The position numbers and the translations under genes are program-made. Below are positions 1 to 14,300 of a stretch of 64,000 nt of DNA, one piece after another. The first letter of the stretch is position 1, and each line of letters starts with the position of its first letter. The notes beneath the pieces are model-generated. The model was given only the letters and a program-made list of their open reading frames with translations, made no database searches and had not been told where the DNA came from. The stretch comes from Camelus dromedarius (Eukaryota), in NCBI RefSeq assembly GCF_036321535.1, contig NC_087437.1, forward strand, positions 95,916,001 through 95,980,000. Reading direction: 5' to 3'.

Positions 1-2372
1 AAGTTATGTCTCCCAGTAGCTTCTGATGTGAAAAGAGGAAATAAAGCAAGTTAGCAGATGTGAATTTCCATGATGACTGAAACAACTGAAAGCTGTTTGT
101 TGGCTTTTTCTGGATACAAGGACATTCTATGCATCATCTAGGTCTTGAATTATAAGATACAGAAAAGCTGAAATAAGCATACCTAAGACAACCTTCTTGG
201 AAGTGTTACTCACCTGTATTAATTTGGGGCCCAGAAACTGAATGCAAAAATTAAGAAGAGTCTATCCCATTTCAATATCCATTTGTAATTACATGCAGAG
301 CATTTCTTAACTTGAGATTTCATGAAGTCAACTGGGAGACTGGTTATGGACAAATATACCTACATTTAGGTTGAGAAATGGGTATAATTTATGGTAGAGT
401 TAACCAAAGCAAAAAATTATTCATCTAAACTATATAAATGATAGTTATCTGGGGATTTGATTAATCTTTCAATTTCTCCTCACCAATAAAATGGTGATGC
501 TATTTAGCAAGATATGACCAAGGGAATAATCTCTGCCTTAGATTAATCAGATCTGGATTTCTTTTCTTGCATTCTACTTGACTTAATGTATGTTTCATGT
601 TTGTTTCATTCTATAGTGTCCATATATGTATCCCTATTACTAATTGCAGAAAATTGCTTTAAGTTTATTTAAATTACTATAGCATTACTAAGTAAAGTTT
701 TTATAAATTTTTAAATATGCATTAATATATTTAATCAAAAAATGTATTAATACTTAGATCCTCTATGTGGAAATTACTTCAAATTACCAAAACATTGTCA
801 TGCCTATTGCAATGAAAGGAGATATAAATAAGAATATACTTAATACAGTGCTTGGCACATACTTAGAATTTTTTTTATTATCACTAATAAGAGTATATAT
901 CCCCTAATAAGAATTATAACTGGGATCATGCTTACATTACAATGATATATGTGATCCTTATCTCCTTGAAACTTACGGTTTAATAGGAAAGTCAGACAAT
1001 TAAACAATAAAACCAATAAAGGTTAATAAATATTGTGATAAACCAAGTACATTGTTATGAAAATACATAACAAGAGCAAGTTATCCAACCTAATAGCTAC
1101 TCTTCTTTTTGTACTGAAGCTCTTGTTTGTACATAGCTTAAGTGCTTAATAAATACATTTTTTAATTGAAGGAATGGTTTAATCTGAGCTCTCTGTCCAA
1201 TTTCCAAATTGTTTCCAATTTTCTCCACATTTAGTAATTGACCACATATTTCATATTCTAATCTTTCCAAAGAAAAAAGGGCCTTTCATTTTGAGTTGGC
1301 AGTGAAAACTGACGCCCCAGTTAGGCAAGCCTATATGCTCCCTGACAACTATTTTTTAAAACATAATTATACTCTTTAAGTACCACAACTTAAAGATTTA
1401 ACTGTTTTGCCATTTTACACCCAATCTTAAATAATTTTCTGTCTGTGTATAGTATTCTGTCATTTTATATAGATCATGAGTAAAGACACAATAAATATAT
1501 ATAGAAAAAAAAATAAAGTTAACTTCCCCCAAAAAAGCACAAAGACAACTATATTGAGAGTTTATCCCTAGAGTCACCAGTGATCAATGATCACTGTACA
1601 AGAGAAGTTAAATTTATCAAAAAAGAATGATTCAATTGCAGTCACAACTTAAAAGGATATTCCCCAATTCCTCTAGAGTGAAGATGCTTAACTCCAAGTT
1701 CATAGCCCTCAAGGGTTCCATCACCAGACATGGTGAGAAGTGGGGGTGGTGTCTCTAAGTTTTGCAACAACTTTTGCTCTCTCTCTCTATTATGCATCTT
1801 TCCGGAGAAAGGATCTGTACTTTTAATCTGTTTCCCAGAGTCACAACTGTAAAATGGAAAGAAACCATATTCTCGAGGGTGTGGCAAGTCAACTTAAATC
1901 TATAAGAATGACAGGAGGAGTAGCAGCACGTAGCCTCTTCCAGTTGGAACTAGATTGACTGTTGGTAAGCCCCTGCTTAATTTTCTTTCAAAACCCAACA
2001 AGATTGATCACGAGTCATTTTTCAGTGTGCTATAAACAGCCATAAAGTCCCCATGACAGTTTCCTTAAAGGTTAGCTGGTTGATTTGTGATTTGAAGTCT
2101 TTTCTTCCAGCATGTGATTTTTCTCAAAAAAGTTTGTGCAGAAAGATCATGAGAGGAAGGAGGATCTTTACAACATGACAAGCAGTCTGTGTGTGGCAAT
2201 CTTGCTGTCTAGAAAGGATGGATGAGGCTGGGCATCAGGTTATACCTAGTAACCTAATATCCTGAGGATGCCTTGAGGTTACAGAAGGACACCCAGCCCC
2301 AGTGGAGTGTCACCTTTATGTATAGGTGTCAGAGCTGTTCCATTACCTTTGTGTGATACTGAATAATCTCAT

Positions 2373-2610
2373 GAGAGGCAGCATTTGTAGTTGTCAAAGC
2401 TCAGACCTGGGGCTGTTTTCCCTGTGTTCAAATCCTGGCCCTCTCACATGGTTGCTCTGTTACTCTGGGCAACTTTCTGAATTCTCTCTGCCTTATTTGT
2501 AAAGTAAGGATGGTAGTAATGTTACCTTCTGCATGAGCTTGTTCTTAGAATTAAATGTTATTATTTGTTAACTACTTCAAAGAGTGTCCTCCAATAGTAA
2601 GCACTACTTA
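2373..2610 (+). mobile_element. MIR SINE (ancient)
   Basis: MIR hallmarks in order: gagaggcagcat, gttcaaatcctggc, ctgggcaacttt, tttgtaaagtaaggatggtagtaat, tagtaagcact. Confidence 0.8.
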
Positions 2611-2680
2611 AAAAAAATAAAATCAAGTTCTAAAACTCTATGTTGATTGATGGATAATATCTAAATTGTGGGAGTCTTAG

Positions 2681-2763
2681 AAATCAACACAACATTGTAA
2701 ACTGACCTTACTTCAACAAAAAGAAAAAAGAATTGCTTCAAAAAAACCAAACCAAAACAAAAC
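2681..2763 (+). mobile_element. Extremely 5'-truncated young L1 (36-nt 3' end plus A-rich tail) with 18-bp TSD
   Basis: aaatcaacacaacattgtaaactgaccttacttcaa matches the L1 3' termini at ~22760, ~30615 and ~62050. Flanked by aaattgtgggagtcttag (2663-2680) and aaattatgggagtcttag (2764-2781). Confidence 0.85.
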
Positions 2764-3763
2764 AAATTATGGGAGTCTTAGTTTCCACTCATTTGACTTC
2801 CTGCTACACTGCCCTCCATTAAGTCTTTATCGGCCCTAGTGCTCACTGCTTTGGTTTAGATGAGAAGAAAGTGTCCCCAGGTGCCACCAGTGTGGTCCTG
2901 GCCACTAGAGCAGTTGTTATAAAGACATGTTTGAGAGATGCCACTGCTTGTTTGTGCATTGGTAAATATTTAAGTTCAAGTTGTTGGGGTTTGGGGTGGG
3001 TTTGCAGTAAGGAGTGCTAGAGAAAGAAGAAAACACCAGTGGTAGGAATATGGGCTTTGGGGAGCTTATCAATGTCAGCAATTTGCGTAAATTCTGATCC
3101 AGCTCAAAAAATCTTGGGCATTTCAAATATGTATTGCCTTAAGATTATCTGGGGAGGGAAGGTGGGTATACAAGAAGTGATGATATAACCTGAATCCAAC
3201 TCAAGAGACAGCCTTTAATATATTCTTTTAATTCAGAAGAAACACTTTCCTCTGAAACATCGAGATATACACATAAACAGGGATACTATGTCTTATTCTT
3301 TCATCTTAAACCTCTTGGGTTAAAAAAAATACATATATCACGTCTAAACCTCTTAATCTAACTCGAGCCAAAAGATACCGGGGCATTTTTCAGCACCACT
3401 TTCTAATTAATCTCTTTAAATGAAAGTTGTCAAAAGTTTATCTGTATATTGTCATGCAATTCTTGTCTCAATACTGAGCTGATGCAACTATAATTCACAG
3501 CTGTAATCACTCACCATATTGGAGACTTCTAGTTGCTAAAGATTTTAAATTAAAGTGTTCCCAGCGGATAATAGAGTAATATCATAGATTCCACTGAAAC
3601 TCATTCTCAATAAGGTCTATCACTGGAGTAAATTTTCTAGATAAATCAAGTCCACAAATGCCACTATTGATGAAATAGATTCTGCAAAGACTGTCTGCAT
3701 ATGTAAAAGTTATCCTCCTAATTTATTTTGTCTCTGTGTACAGGGTAAGACAATGATGTATGA

Positions 3764-3884
3764 AGTAGTGCTTCCCAAATTTGGCTCATCCAGAGAATTA
3801 CATAGGGAATTGATCTGTGGTGGGCTTGGAAATCTTTATTTTGCACAAATGTCCCAAGTGATTTTAGAATCGGGGAAACATATT
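3764..3884. mobile_element. MER5-like hAT-Charlie MITE remnant
   Basis: agtagtgcttcccaaatttggc ... tcccaagtgatt ... ggggaaacatattg; degenerate terminal inverted repeats. Confidence 0.5.
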
Positions 3885-6800
3885 GATGTAAAGTGAATTG
3901 TAAAATGGTTCAGACTTACTAGGATATTTGGGGGAGAGTGGACAGTTTTTTGAGACTTAGAATTATTCTCTTCTGGTTTTTATAATCATTGCTTTTATAA
4001 ATCAGAGAAATTAGAGGCAGGAAGCAGGAATAAAAATAGAAAACTAGAGGATGCAAGCTTTACAAACCACTTCTATTCAGCAAAACTGACACGTTCTTAC
4101 ATAATGAAAACAAAAACATAATTGCAAAAAAAAGTTTAGCTTTAATTCAAATCTCAAAACAATAATCATGTAGCCTTACTTAAAATCTCAAAATTTTAAA
4201 AGAATTGTGTGGGATTGATAACACAAGAGAGAAATGATGTATTTGTTCAAATAACAGAAACTTACAAGAAGCATGGAGACTAATACAGCTTTAAATACCA
4301 GCTAGGATTCTTCCATGATAGTCTGTTAAATCAGACACATCAATTTATTGGGGCTGGAAAAGAACATGGGATAAGACAAAATTCTTTTAATTTTTCAACT
4401 TGGAGGCAAGAAGATAAATTATGAACATACAATTTAATCCCCAAATAAACCAAAGCTCTTTAATGATAAAATCAGTGAATAAGAAGCTACCCATACCTGA
4501 ACTCCAATGTTAAACTCTTCCAGTATACCATCTAGTGTCTGAATGTAGTCCATAGCTCTGAGTGTTCCGAAACTGGAATCTTAATTGACATCCTACCTTC
4601 CCAAATCACTGATCTGCACTTTTTTATAGTTTCGTCACTGAGATTTCTAAGTTATTTCATCCTTTTGGGTCTCAACCTGTCCTTGGACAGTTTCCTAGGA
4701 CTTCATTTCCCTAACATCAAAATGTCTTGTAAACTTAGAGTTATACATAGATGCCAAAGATGATCTTTATACAGATATTTTCCTGACTCTTAACAGTTAA
4801 TCTATTAACCAGCAATCCACAACTTCCTTTATCTCTCATTTCATAAATCTACTCCTACTTTTGCATCCAACACAACCAATAGCTCATGTAACTGTAGCCA
4901 TTTTGTCGTGATCCTAAACTCAAACTACACTGGAAACATAACAGAACTATTTTCTTTTCATTTCTGCTTTTTTGCCCCCAGCACTTATGTGCTTGTAGTA
5001 AGGGTCATCTTCATTAAGGAGAATTAGGGACAATCTTTGTGATCATATCTTTCTGTAGCTCTAGAGGTTTAGGAGAGAACAGCTGGTCAAGGAGAAGTGG
5101 ATGTTTCCATTTGTGCAAACTGTTGTTCATTTTTATTATTTTGGCCAGATTTTGTTTCAGATCAGATCATCTTTATTTCTTTCTCTAGGACATGACTGAC
5201 TAGGTGTCCATGCCAGCAATACAAGTGTGGCAACTTTGAAATTTTCTCACTCACTTGTGTTTGCTGGAGTATCATCTGACCTGGCTTTGTTGCAGGCAAC
5301 TAAACACTTGCATACTTTCACCTCTGTTCAAGAATCCAACACTCAGGGCTGAAACTTTTAAACGCATGCCTGCTTTTGGCACTGTTACAGATCCATGCCC
5401 TTATCACCTCTCTTTTACATACTAAGCAGCCCTGAAAGTAAATAATCTAGTCATTTAAGTATCAATAGGTCAAACTGCACTAAAAGCAAAGAAGAAAATG
5501 CAGAGGCCATTCTCAAACCCTCTTGCCTGTCAACACAGCATGCAGGTCTGACTAACACACAAACCAGTGGTCCTTCCCCTACAATGAACTGCCTCTTGCC
5601 TATGGGTTGAGCTTAATTTTACTTCTCTTTTCCTTTTGTTTTAAAACTACCAGGAAGTAAGTAACAAAAATCCAATTATGATTTAACTTATTGATATGAA
5701 ATACTAGAAGAAAAAAAATCCTCTTTATTATAGTTAATTTACTTAACTATAAATTACGTTAATTGATTAAATAAAGCAATTCCATTGTACATCATTTTAA
5801 AATTAGCACTCTAGAAATTAGTAATAGAAATGACATTAAAATTCCTGTGGAAATTAATCTACATAATCTACTTTGTTGAGTGAAAGAAATTTTAAAAGAT
5901 AAAATAAAATCTACAGATTAACCTGTTTTTTCAAGTATGGGAGTCTTTACCAATCACTAATATAATTTATTTAAATTAGAATACTTCATACTTTTTGACT
6001 GAAAAACTATCTATGTGCAGGTGACAGGAAGAAAAAGTAACACTGTAAGACATGGGAAATATCTTTTAACATCAAACATTTAATCAAAGCTTTTTGGATA
6101 CATCAAGAATTGATTGTATGTTTGTAGCAGTATAACAAAAAAATACTCTGAATATTGTCAAGAAAGAATAAATAGAAAATTACAACAACCAATAGGATCT
6201 GATTATCCTTGAAAATACAGAATTTTCATCCTTGATAAAACTCAGTCGTCCAAGTCACCCTCCCGCTGTTACTTGGGTGTTTTTCCGATGTCAATTTAAC
6301 ATTGTAAAAACTCTGAATGAGACTGATTTAACATTATTCAAATTCCCAGAAATGGTATAAAATCATGTCTCTAATTATAATAACATCTCTAAAGTTTAGT
6401 GATACTCTTTGACAGCCTATATTCTTTCACAGATACTGTAACGTATTCTGAGCAAGTAAGTTCATCAGTGTCCATTTCTGTAATTCTCCCCACCTAGTCC
6501 AGGAAAAGAGCTTTGTATTGTTCACGCATATGATTTTAGGTGGGAGCTTTTGTGTTAGAGGATTATTCAGATTAATCCTTATCTTTCCATTCCTGTTCCC
6601 CAGAACACTGAAGATTCTGCTTTAGCCTTTCCAGGCCATTGCTTGTGGCCAAAGGGTTTATCTCCTCCCTGGTCTCCTATTCTTACCCCTATTTCAAGAT
6701 CCAACCTACTTCCTGTGGTTTTTCCCTGGCCTCTTTTCATGGATTCTCATCATTGCCACATAACCTACTGTCAGTAATGAGATATTCTTTTATTTGAGGC

Positions 6801-7254
6801 AGCAGGAGTGAAAGGTTTTGGAAGAGGGGAGATAGAAAAGGAACATCTATACTTGTCTGTACATGACTCTGTTAACGAGTTGATTCCACATTTTGGATAT
6901 TTTGTCAACAAACTATGATTCATAGCCTCAGCCCTATTCCAAAACATGCCCGGTTTCCCAAGGAACATATCCTTGCCAAATTAATTTACAAAAAAAAAGA
7001 AAAAGATTCCAACCTTCTTTCTTAATGTAATCCTAATGTAATACCCAGTTACAGCTTTTTTATTCATAACCCATTAAGTACTTTTTCTAATGAATATAAA
7101 CTACCTTTGCACACTTTAGCTAACTGCCACATTTTTTTAGGATTAAAAAACGTTAAACTGGCTCTGTCAAAAGATTCATTACATAGCTGGAAACTCACAC
7201 ACAAGCACATATACCTGTACCACTAGCCTTTTCACTGTATGACATTTGTGTGCA

Positions 7255-7470
7255 AATGAGATTGTGTATCAAGAAGATGTGGTTTTAGTCCAGGTCCTGC
7301 CACACTAATGGTGTGACTGTGGACAAGTCCTAGGCAGATTACTGTGAAACTAATTACAGTCAAGTGTCCACACCCATCACTTGCATAGGCTTCTTTCATG
7401 TTACTGCAAGACACCTTATTGATGTGGTCATATGATTGTATGCTTTTGTAAGATTTGCAATAGATACTTT
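7255..7470 (+). mobile_element. MIR fragment
   Basis: tagtccaggtcctgccacactaatggtgtgactgtggacaagtc resembles the MIR core. Confidence 0.55.
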
Positions 7471-7769
7471 AATGATAAATGACTAATGATACAGTTTCTT
7501 TCCACTCTACATTTCCTTATATTAGACTTTCCCTCTTACTAGGTGGTGTCCTGGTCATATTAAAACAGTTTTGGATCTGGCAAGAGGCAGTTGAGTTGAG
7601 GACAGAATGAGTTTGGGTAATATGGGATATATTTATGGGATTTGCAGTCATTTTTGTAAATAGTGAGGTATGTAGCCCAGGATGGAATGACTTTCAGAAA
7701 AACCGTTCCTACCACTGTGTTGACACATCTGAGATGGTGGCACAGAGCTGCCAGTGTGTCAGCCAATTA

Positions 7770-7956
7770 ACTACATAACATTATTTTACTTCTCTGACTT
7801 TCCCAATATTCGCAGTATTTAAAATTTCCAATTTCCCAAATTTTTTCTCATTCTTCATAGGTACTTAATGTTGTATTCATAACTTTATTTTTCTTCTCTT
7901 AAAGAAATCTCTCCTCGTATAAGCCTCAGATACCACAAGACCCTACTCTACCTTTG
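7770..7956 (-). mobile_element. hAT-Tip100-like DNA transposon terminal fragment
   Basis: Reverse strand ctgaggcttatac...tctttaagagaagaaaaataaagttatgaatacaacattaagtac resembles the terminus of ancient Tip100-class elements; recalled, family uncertain. Confidence 0.4.
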
Positions 7957-8264
7957 AGAAAGTTAGTTATCTTTTCTAGGTCTCAGTTTCAAAATTATAA
8001 ATAAATATTTGGATATCATTTTTGTCTAATAAATTTAGGAAATAGACAAGAGGGTGTAGGAAAAAATTAAAAATAGTATTTCTTTTAAAAAGCTGGTCAA
8101 CATCCTAAACTCTGACCAAAATGAAATTTCCTCCATTCTGCAAATATGGCGTGCCCATTCTCAACATACTCATTTTGTGCCTTCACATAATATTTACTCA
8201 CCTCTTTTCGTTGTATGAGCAACTACAACTTATCCTTCCAAATGGAGCGTGAGGTAAATTCTTT

Positions 8265-8951
8265 CATATTAGATTTCTACTACTGTGTAACAAATTGCCA
8301 TAAATTTCACATCTTCACACAGGACACATTTATCATCTCATAGGTTCTTCAGATAAGAAATCTCATTACAACTTAGCTGTGTCCTATGCTCAGTCTCACA
8401 AAGATGCAATCAGATGTGGGCTGAGACTTACATCTCACTGGAGGCTTGTCCAGTAAACAGTCCATCTCCACACTCCTTCAGGGTTTGGCATAGGTTGTCT
8501 TTCTAGATGTGCTATGGAAGTCCCTGCTCTCTTGCTGCCTATCAGCTGGGTCTGTTCTTAGTTCCCAGTTGCTGCCCACTGTTTTTGCCATGTGGCCCTT
8601 TATATAGATCCTCTCTCAACATAGTAGCTTACTTCTTCAAAACTAGCAATGCAGTCTCTGATCCTCCTGTAAAGTCCTCTGCCTGATGAAGTCAGCCCCA
8701 CCCAGCTGGTATTCTCCCTTTAGAATTACTCAAAACCCTACTGATTTTGGACTTTAAATACATCTGCAAAGTGTCTTCTCCTTTGTCATATAAAGTAACC
8801 AAATGAAAGGAGTCATATTCCATCATATATAGTTAGAAGCTAGTCATAGGTTTTGCCCAACTCATGTGTAGGAAATTACACACAGGTGTGAACAGCAAAG
8901 AGGCCAGAAATCATTGTGGGGGGGGGATCACCTTGGAGTCTGTCCACCATA
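8265..8951 (-). mobile_element. MaLR solo LTR (MLT1E/F-like)
   Basis: Ends catattagatttctactactgtgtaacaaattgcc ... ggagtctgtccaccata; 5-bp TSD tcttt (8260-8264) / ccttt (8952-8956). Confidence 0.8.
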
Positions 8952-8984
8952 CCTTTCTCAATTCCTATTTTTTTTTCCCCGAAG

Positions 8985-9380
8985 TCTATTTGTCAGGATG
9001 CATTTGGTTAAAACTCAAATTGAACAAGCTTAAACACAAAGTGTGGGTACTACTCCATGAAATCCAAAGAAACACTGAGAAAAGATTATTGGGAGACATG
9101 GATGCTGCTATAACACAGAAACGGTGAAAATCAGTTGTCTCCAAGACCATTTCTTGGCTTTCCTTCCCTCTGTAGGACAACCTCGCTTGGATTGGTTGCC
9201 TACCTCTGAAATAACCATATATGGTCAGGGTATTGGGTACTGTCCTTGGTCTAGTTTATATCAAGCACTCCCTTTGGACTAATCAACTCTGTTAGGTATA
9301 CCATTTTAAGAACTTTGTAACTCCTAGGGAAGTGGGAGTGGCAGTTTCTAAAAAATGATTGTTAACTCCAGACAGTATCA
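8985..9380 (-). mobile_element. Old MaLR LTR remnant (MLT1J-L class)
   Basis: tttgtcaggatgcatttggtt...aaactcaaattgaacaagcttaaacacaaag; ggattggttgcc motif. Confidence 0.4.
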
Positions 9381-10321
9381 TGTATATATTGCAACCTCTC
9401 TAAGCAATGTTTATTTTTTTTTGTCCCCATAATAATCACAGGATTTGTTTACTTGCAGTAATGCTATATTGCACTGTAACTTACCTGCTAATACTTTTAC
9501 ATCTAGCCCACATACTCCAGACAAAAAACTTCTGAGTAGTGTATGTCCCATTCATTCCTATAATTTCAGGATCTAGCAATTTCAGGGCCCGATGTCTGAT
9601 AGGCCTGCAACAAATGATTGTTCAATAAAGTACTCCCTTACTCAAAATTGTAATATAATCCATTAAAAAGTCAGCAAATTAAAACTCAAGTATTGCCATA
9701 AGAATGGATGATTTTACACTCAGTCTTGTTCCAAAATAGAAATTAAAGTTGGTACATTGCCATTGATTTATTTAGTAAAGAGAATGGTAAAGGATGAAGG
9801 TTAACAAAAGAAAGAAAGAAACAGAAAGATAATCATACCAATCACCCTAAGAAAAAAATTAGAAAAGGATCAGGTTATCATTAGGGTCCTGTTTTCAGAT
9901 CCTTGTTCAGCACTTTGTATTCCTCATTGATACACTCCCAAGTTTTGTTCCCTAACTTTCTTATATGCTTCCATGCTTTATTTTATTTTTCTATCTGTAT
10001 CTATTTATCTATCTAATTACCTATCTTAATCAAGAAAAATGGACCTCATTAGTGAAAGTAATTTTCTGCTTTAGGATTGCAGGTAACAAAAGCTTTTCAT
10101 AGATTATAGATAAACCAAGACACTGAACAATTACATCTCCATTCATTACATTTATAAGTAGCTCAGAAATGAGCAGAAGTAAGATTTAGTCCAATAGCTT
10201 ATGTATTCTAGCCCTTAGTTAAAATATATTGCTTACTGGGTCGGCAGACACCCCCAGGTTTCTGATTCCTCTACTTCTAATGATGCAGCAGCAGGGTTAG
10301 TGAAAGATTGTGGGTTTTCTA

Positions 10322-11340
10322 GTCATTCAATTAGTAACTGTTTACTGAGTGACAATTATGTTCCAGCTACTAAGCTAAGCATTATTAATACATCAGTAAA
10401 TAAGACTGAAGATGTTTTGACTACGTGAAATTTATGTTCCATTGGAAGGAAATAGCAAATATGTACAAAAAGATAAATTAATGACAGATTGTGATAAAAG
10501 GAAGGAAGTAAAACAGAATAGTTTTGGTAAAGTATAACAATCCGTGCTACTTTATGTAGGATGGTCAGGGAAGACTTCTTTGAGAAGACGATTTTTGGTA
10601 CCCAGTCTTGAGAAATGAGAATAATTAGGGCTGAAAAGAGCTGTGGGGAGATACCTGAAAGAGGTTTGTGCAAAGACCTAGAGTTGAAAATATATTTTTA
10701 GTATTAAAAGAATCAAAAGAATGTTCATAGAAATATAGCACAGAGAAAGAGAAGAGTGTTTGTGATGAGGGAAGAAGCTAGATCATGCAGATTTAAAGGC
10801 TTAATTAAACTTGGATTTTAAAGAAGAATGGAAAAATCACTTTAAGCAGAAAAGTGCTATCAGTTGATTTATATTTTTTAACTGTTTTGCTAAAAACTAC
10901 TTATTGTAAGACTAAACGGAGGGAGACTAATTAGAATGCAATAGTTCTGGATAGATGTTGTGGTATCTTGGTTTCTAGGGAGAAATGTGAACATGGAAAC
11001 AATTAGATATGTGATATTTATTTTGAAGGTAAAACTGATCAGACTTCCTGGTTAATTAGATATGCTTAGTAAGATTAAAAGAAAGGAAAGATTCACATAT
11101 AGATCTCTAAGGTTCCTGTTTGAGCAGCTAAGAGTACCATTTACTAATAAAGTAGAAATAGGGGTTGAAGAAAGAGTGTGGTATTAAGAGATTCACTTTT
11201 GTAGCTATATGAATTTTGAGATTCCCATCAGACATCCGAACAAAGATGTCAAATAGGCAGTGAATACACGAGTCTGGAAATCAGGGCAGAGCCTGGGATA
11301 GAGAAACACAGTAGCAAAGATCAGTGTGGAGATACTGTTG
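10322..11340 (-). mobile_element. L2 LINE 3' portion
   Basis: cattcaattagtaactgtttactgagtgac...atgttccagctactaagctaagc is the reverse of an L2 3' end; tttgagattcccatcagacatccga...gagtctggaaatcagggcagag is the L2 body. Confidence 0.8.
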
Positions 11341-14300
11341 GCCAAACTTGGTTTTGGATTCCATTTATCAGTAATAGATAACACTGCCCTGTCTCAGTTC
11401 CATCTTCTATTGGGGTGGGAACAATGATCGATATTAATAATTAAGTCTCTGGAAAACAGCATATAGAAAAGTGTATTCAGTAAGTGGTGGCTTAATATGA
11501 ATGACTGTATCATATAAACAGTGACTTCTTTAGAATTCTAATAGGTATAAATGGGAAGAGAGGATAACAAAACTAACCATCTGAAGGAGAGAAAAGGTAC
11601 CATATTCCAAAGTCCAGAATTTTATAAGTGGGAAACTTAAGACTAATTCATCTAAATCAGCAACTGGTGTTGCTCCCTGTCCTGCCAGGAGAGACCTGTG
11701 TTTGTTAATTTCAGTGTGAATCAAACAGACGTGTTTGATCTGGGGCACTGTTTCTTAATTGAACTAGACTGAGCTTGTAAGGCAGTTCAGGGGAGTGTGT
11801 GGTTTGAACTTGGTTCTTTCACAGCAGTTTCATGTTGTAACTTTCTGGAGCCAAAGTAAACACTGAGGAGGGAATTTCCAGTTTCCTACTTATTAGCAAA
11901 GGCTGCCTGGGGTTAATGGCAGCCCAGGGTTGTGTCAGCCACTTCAAATCCTTTGCCAAATTCAAAAAATAAAGAGAAGAAGTGTGGAGGGAAGCTAAAG
12001 TTAAGAACAAGAAGTATCCAGTAATAGTCTGGAGAAAAAAATGGAGACAGGGACTGAGCAGTTGTGTCAGTGTATATTAAACTATGAGCAGTGTTTTTCT
12101 ATTTTAGAAAGTTTAATTCTAATCTAGATTTAGCAACTCTTTCCCACTTCTTTCTTCTTCCTCCTTTCTTAAAGTTTCTCCACATTTTCAAACGTCCCTT
12201 TCATAGAAACATATATCCTTCTCAAGCTTCAGTCTCATGTTTGGAAAAGTATGTGAAATAAATGCTGGAGATTTTATTTGTATAAGCTGCATATCAGAGA
12301 ACTCCTTTCTACTCCCAGCTCTGCCATCTCCTTTTTGGCTGTAGTAACCTTTATAAATAATTTCCCTATCTAGAAAATGAGCAAGTGGAACTGGTATATA
12401 AGGAAATTTCCAGCTCTGGCATTTTGTGATCTGATTCATCTCTTATGTTAATACAGCAGGAAACACCTGGTCACAGCATCTGCCTTCACAATCAATTGTT
12501 TAATCTTTCTTTTTTCCAAAATGGGGTGAGAAGGGACAGGGGAGGAAGGAAAAACAAGTTTCACATGGTAAAACACTTGTAGTTTAATTTGTGTGTGTGT
12601 ATGTGTGTGCATTTGTATATGTTCAATTCAATAATATTTTTCCAGGAAATGTGAGTGATTTTATAGATGGGAGTATTAAAGAAGAGAAATTAAAGAACAG
12701 GAAAAAATGTGTTTGATTTTTAAGTTAGTTATCTAATGAGGGTAGGGGCAATCCTCAATCTATATATCAGAGATATACAAAATATCACTGTAAAACTTAA
12801 AGTTTCAGAATTAAATGTTATTGCCATAGTGATGGTGGGAATAAAATTTATCAACTTTTGTATAGTTTATTCTTAAATCTTTTTAGATAAAATTGTACAT
12901 GTACATACATGTTAAAAATTCTGTAGGATCTGAAGGAAGTATATGAAAATATGATTGACTTGCTCTTTGCTACTCATTCAATAGTTCTCTGTTTCCATTT
13001 TATTAGTTTTTTTAATCTCTTTTTTTCAACATATTTAAGAGGATGGTAATTTATCTAATTTGGAACAGGAAGCATTTAAAGAAGAGGCATCTGTCTCCTG
13101 TTGCCTAGTCATTTAATTCCTGGCTAAGGAATCTGGACAAGTCTGGACAAAACTGGAGGCAGGAAGGTGGCCAAAGAGGGACACGAGAAGGTGACAGAGA
13201 AACAGTTTTCCCACTTCTTTAGGGGATGCTGCAATTCCCCGTATGCTTTCCTAAGAAAAAGTGAAAAACACAAGCCGTTGGATTTTGATGCTAGTCATTT
13301 TAAGATTTTGTTGAAATGGAAAAATATCGATGGATTCTTACCTTGATCTTCACCTCAGCAAAAATCAATGTTTGTTTACTATAATCTCTGTAAGCCATAT
13401 GCATCTCCAGCTAATAACATACCTTCTGATGTCAATATTATTTTGAGTTCTGAATAGAAGCAAGTGTTAAGAAATTATCATGAAGTTTACATGAATATTA
13501 GAATTCACTCATCTCAGTTTTATTTCAAACATTTAGTACAATGTGGAATTATTAAATATTTAAGTAAATAATAGGCTACTTTACAAGAAGCCCACAAATT
13601 TAACTCTGTCCTTTTGCCCTTCTTCCTCTCATTTCTATTTCTCTTCTTTGTCTGAATTTATTTCCAATGTAGCATCAAGTTCCAGATCTATAAAATAGAG
13701 GTCATGTTTTCCCCAAAAGAGAACTGTGAAACTTTGACTAACCACAAAAATCACTTCCAGCCTTTTCAATGCTCCAGTTTTGTCAGCTTACTAATTTTAG
13801 CTTTCTTTCATTTGATCAGGAAATTCAGGAAGATCCTGCACACAAATGCAAAAGCACTTTTTAGAAAATGGCTTGGTATTATGGAAAAGTAAGATAATAA
13901 AGGCACAAATCTTTACCAGTAGGTTCTCTAAAGATAAGGCTATGGATTCCTGGCGGTCCACCAGCCTGGCATCCGTGTTCACCTCAGCTTCCGACTTGGA
14001 CGTGTAACAAAGGAAGAGGAGAAACAAGATCACTAGGCATCTTGTTAATATATGCTGCCTGTGTGTGTTGAAAGATGAAAGGGTTAAGAGGCAGTGAGAG
14101 GTAGCTATCAAATCCTTACAAGGTGGGCATTTCTAGCCTGTTTCAGCCTGAAACTCATCAAGCAGCTCCACAGAATTATTCACTTCTGGTGGGAGAGGGA
14201 AGTAGAGGGGCCGATGCTGACAGGAATCAAATCACGGACAATGTGACTTATCTGGAGGAGAAATATCAGAAATCTAAGAAGGCAGAGAGGCTCAGCAATA

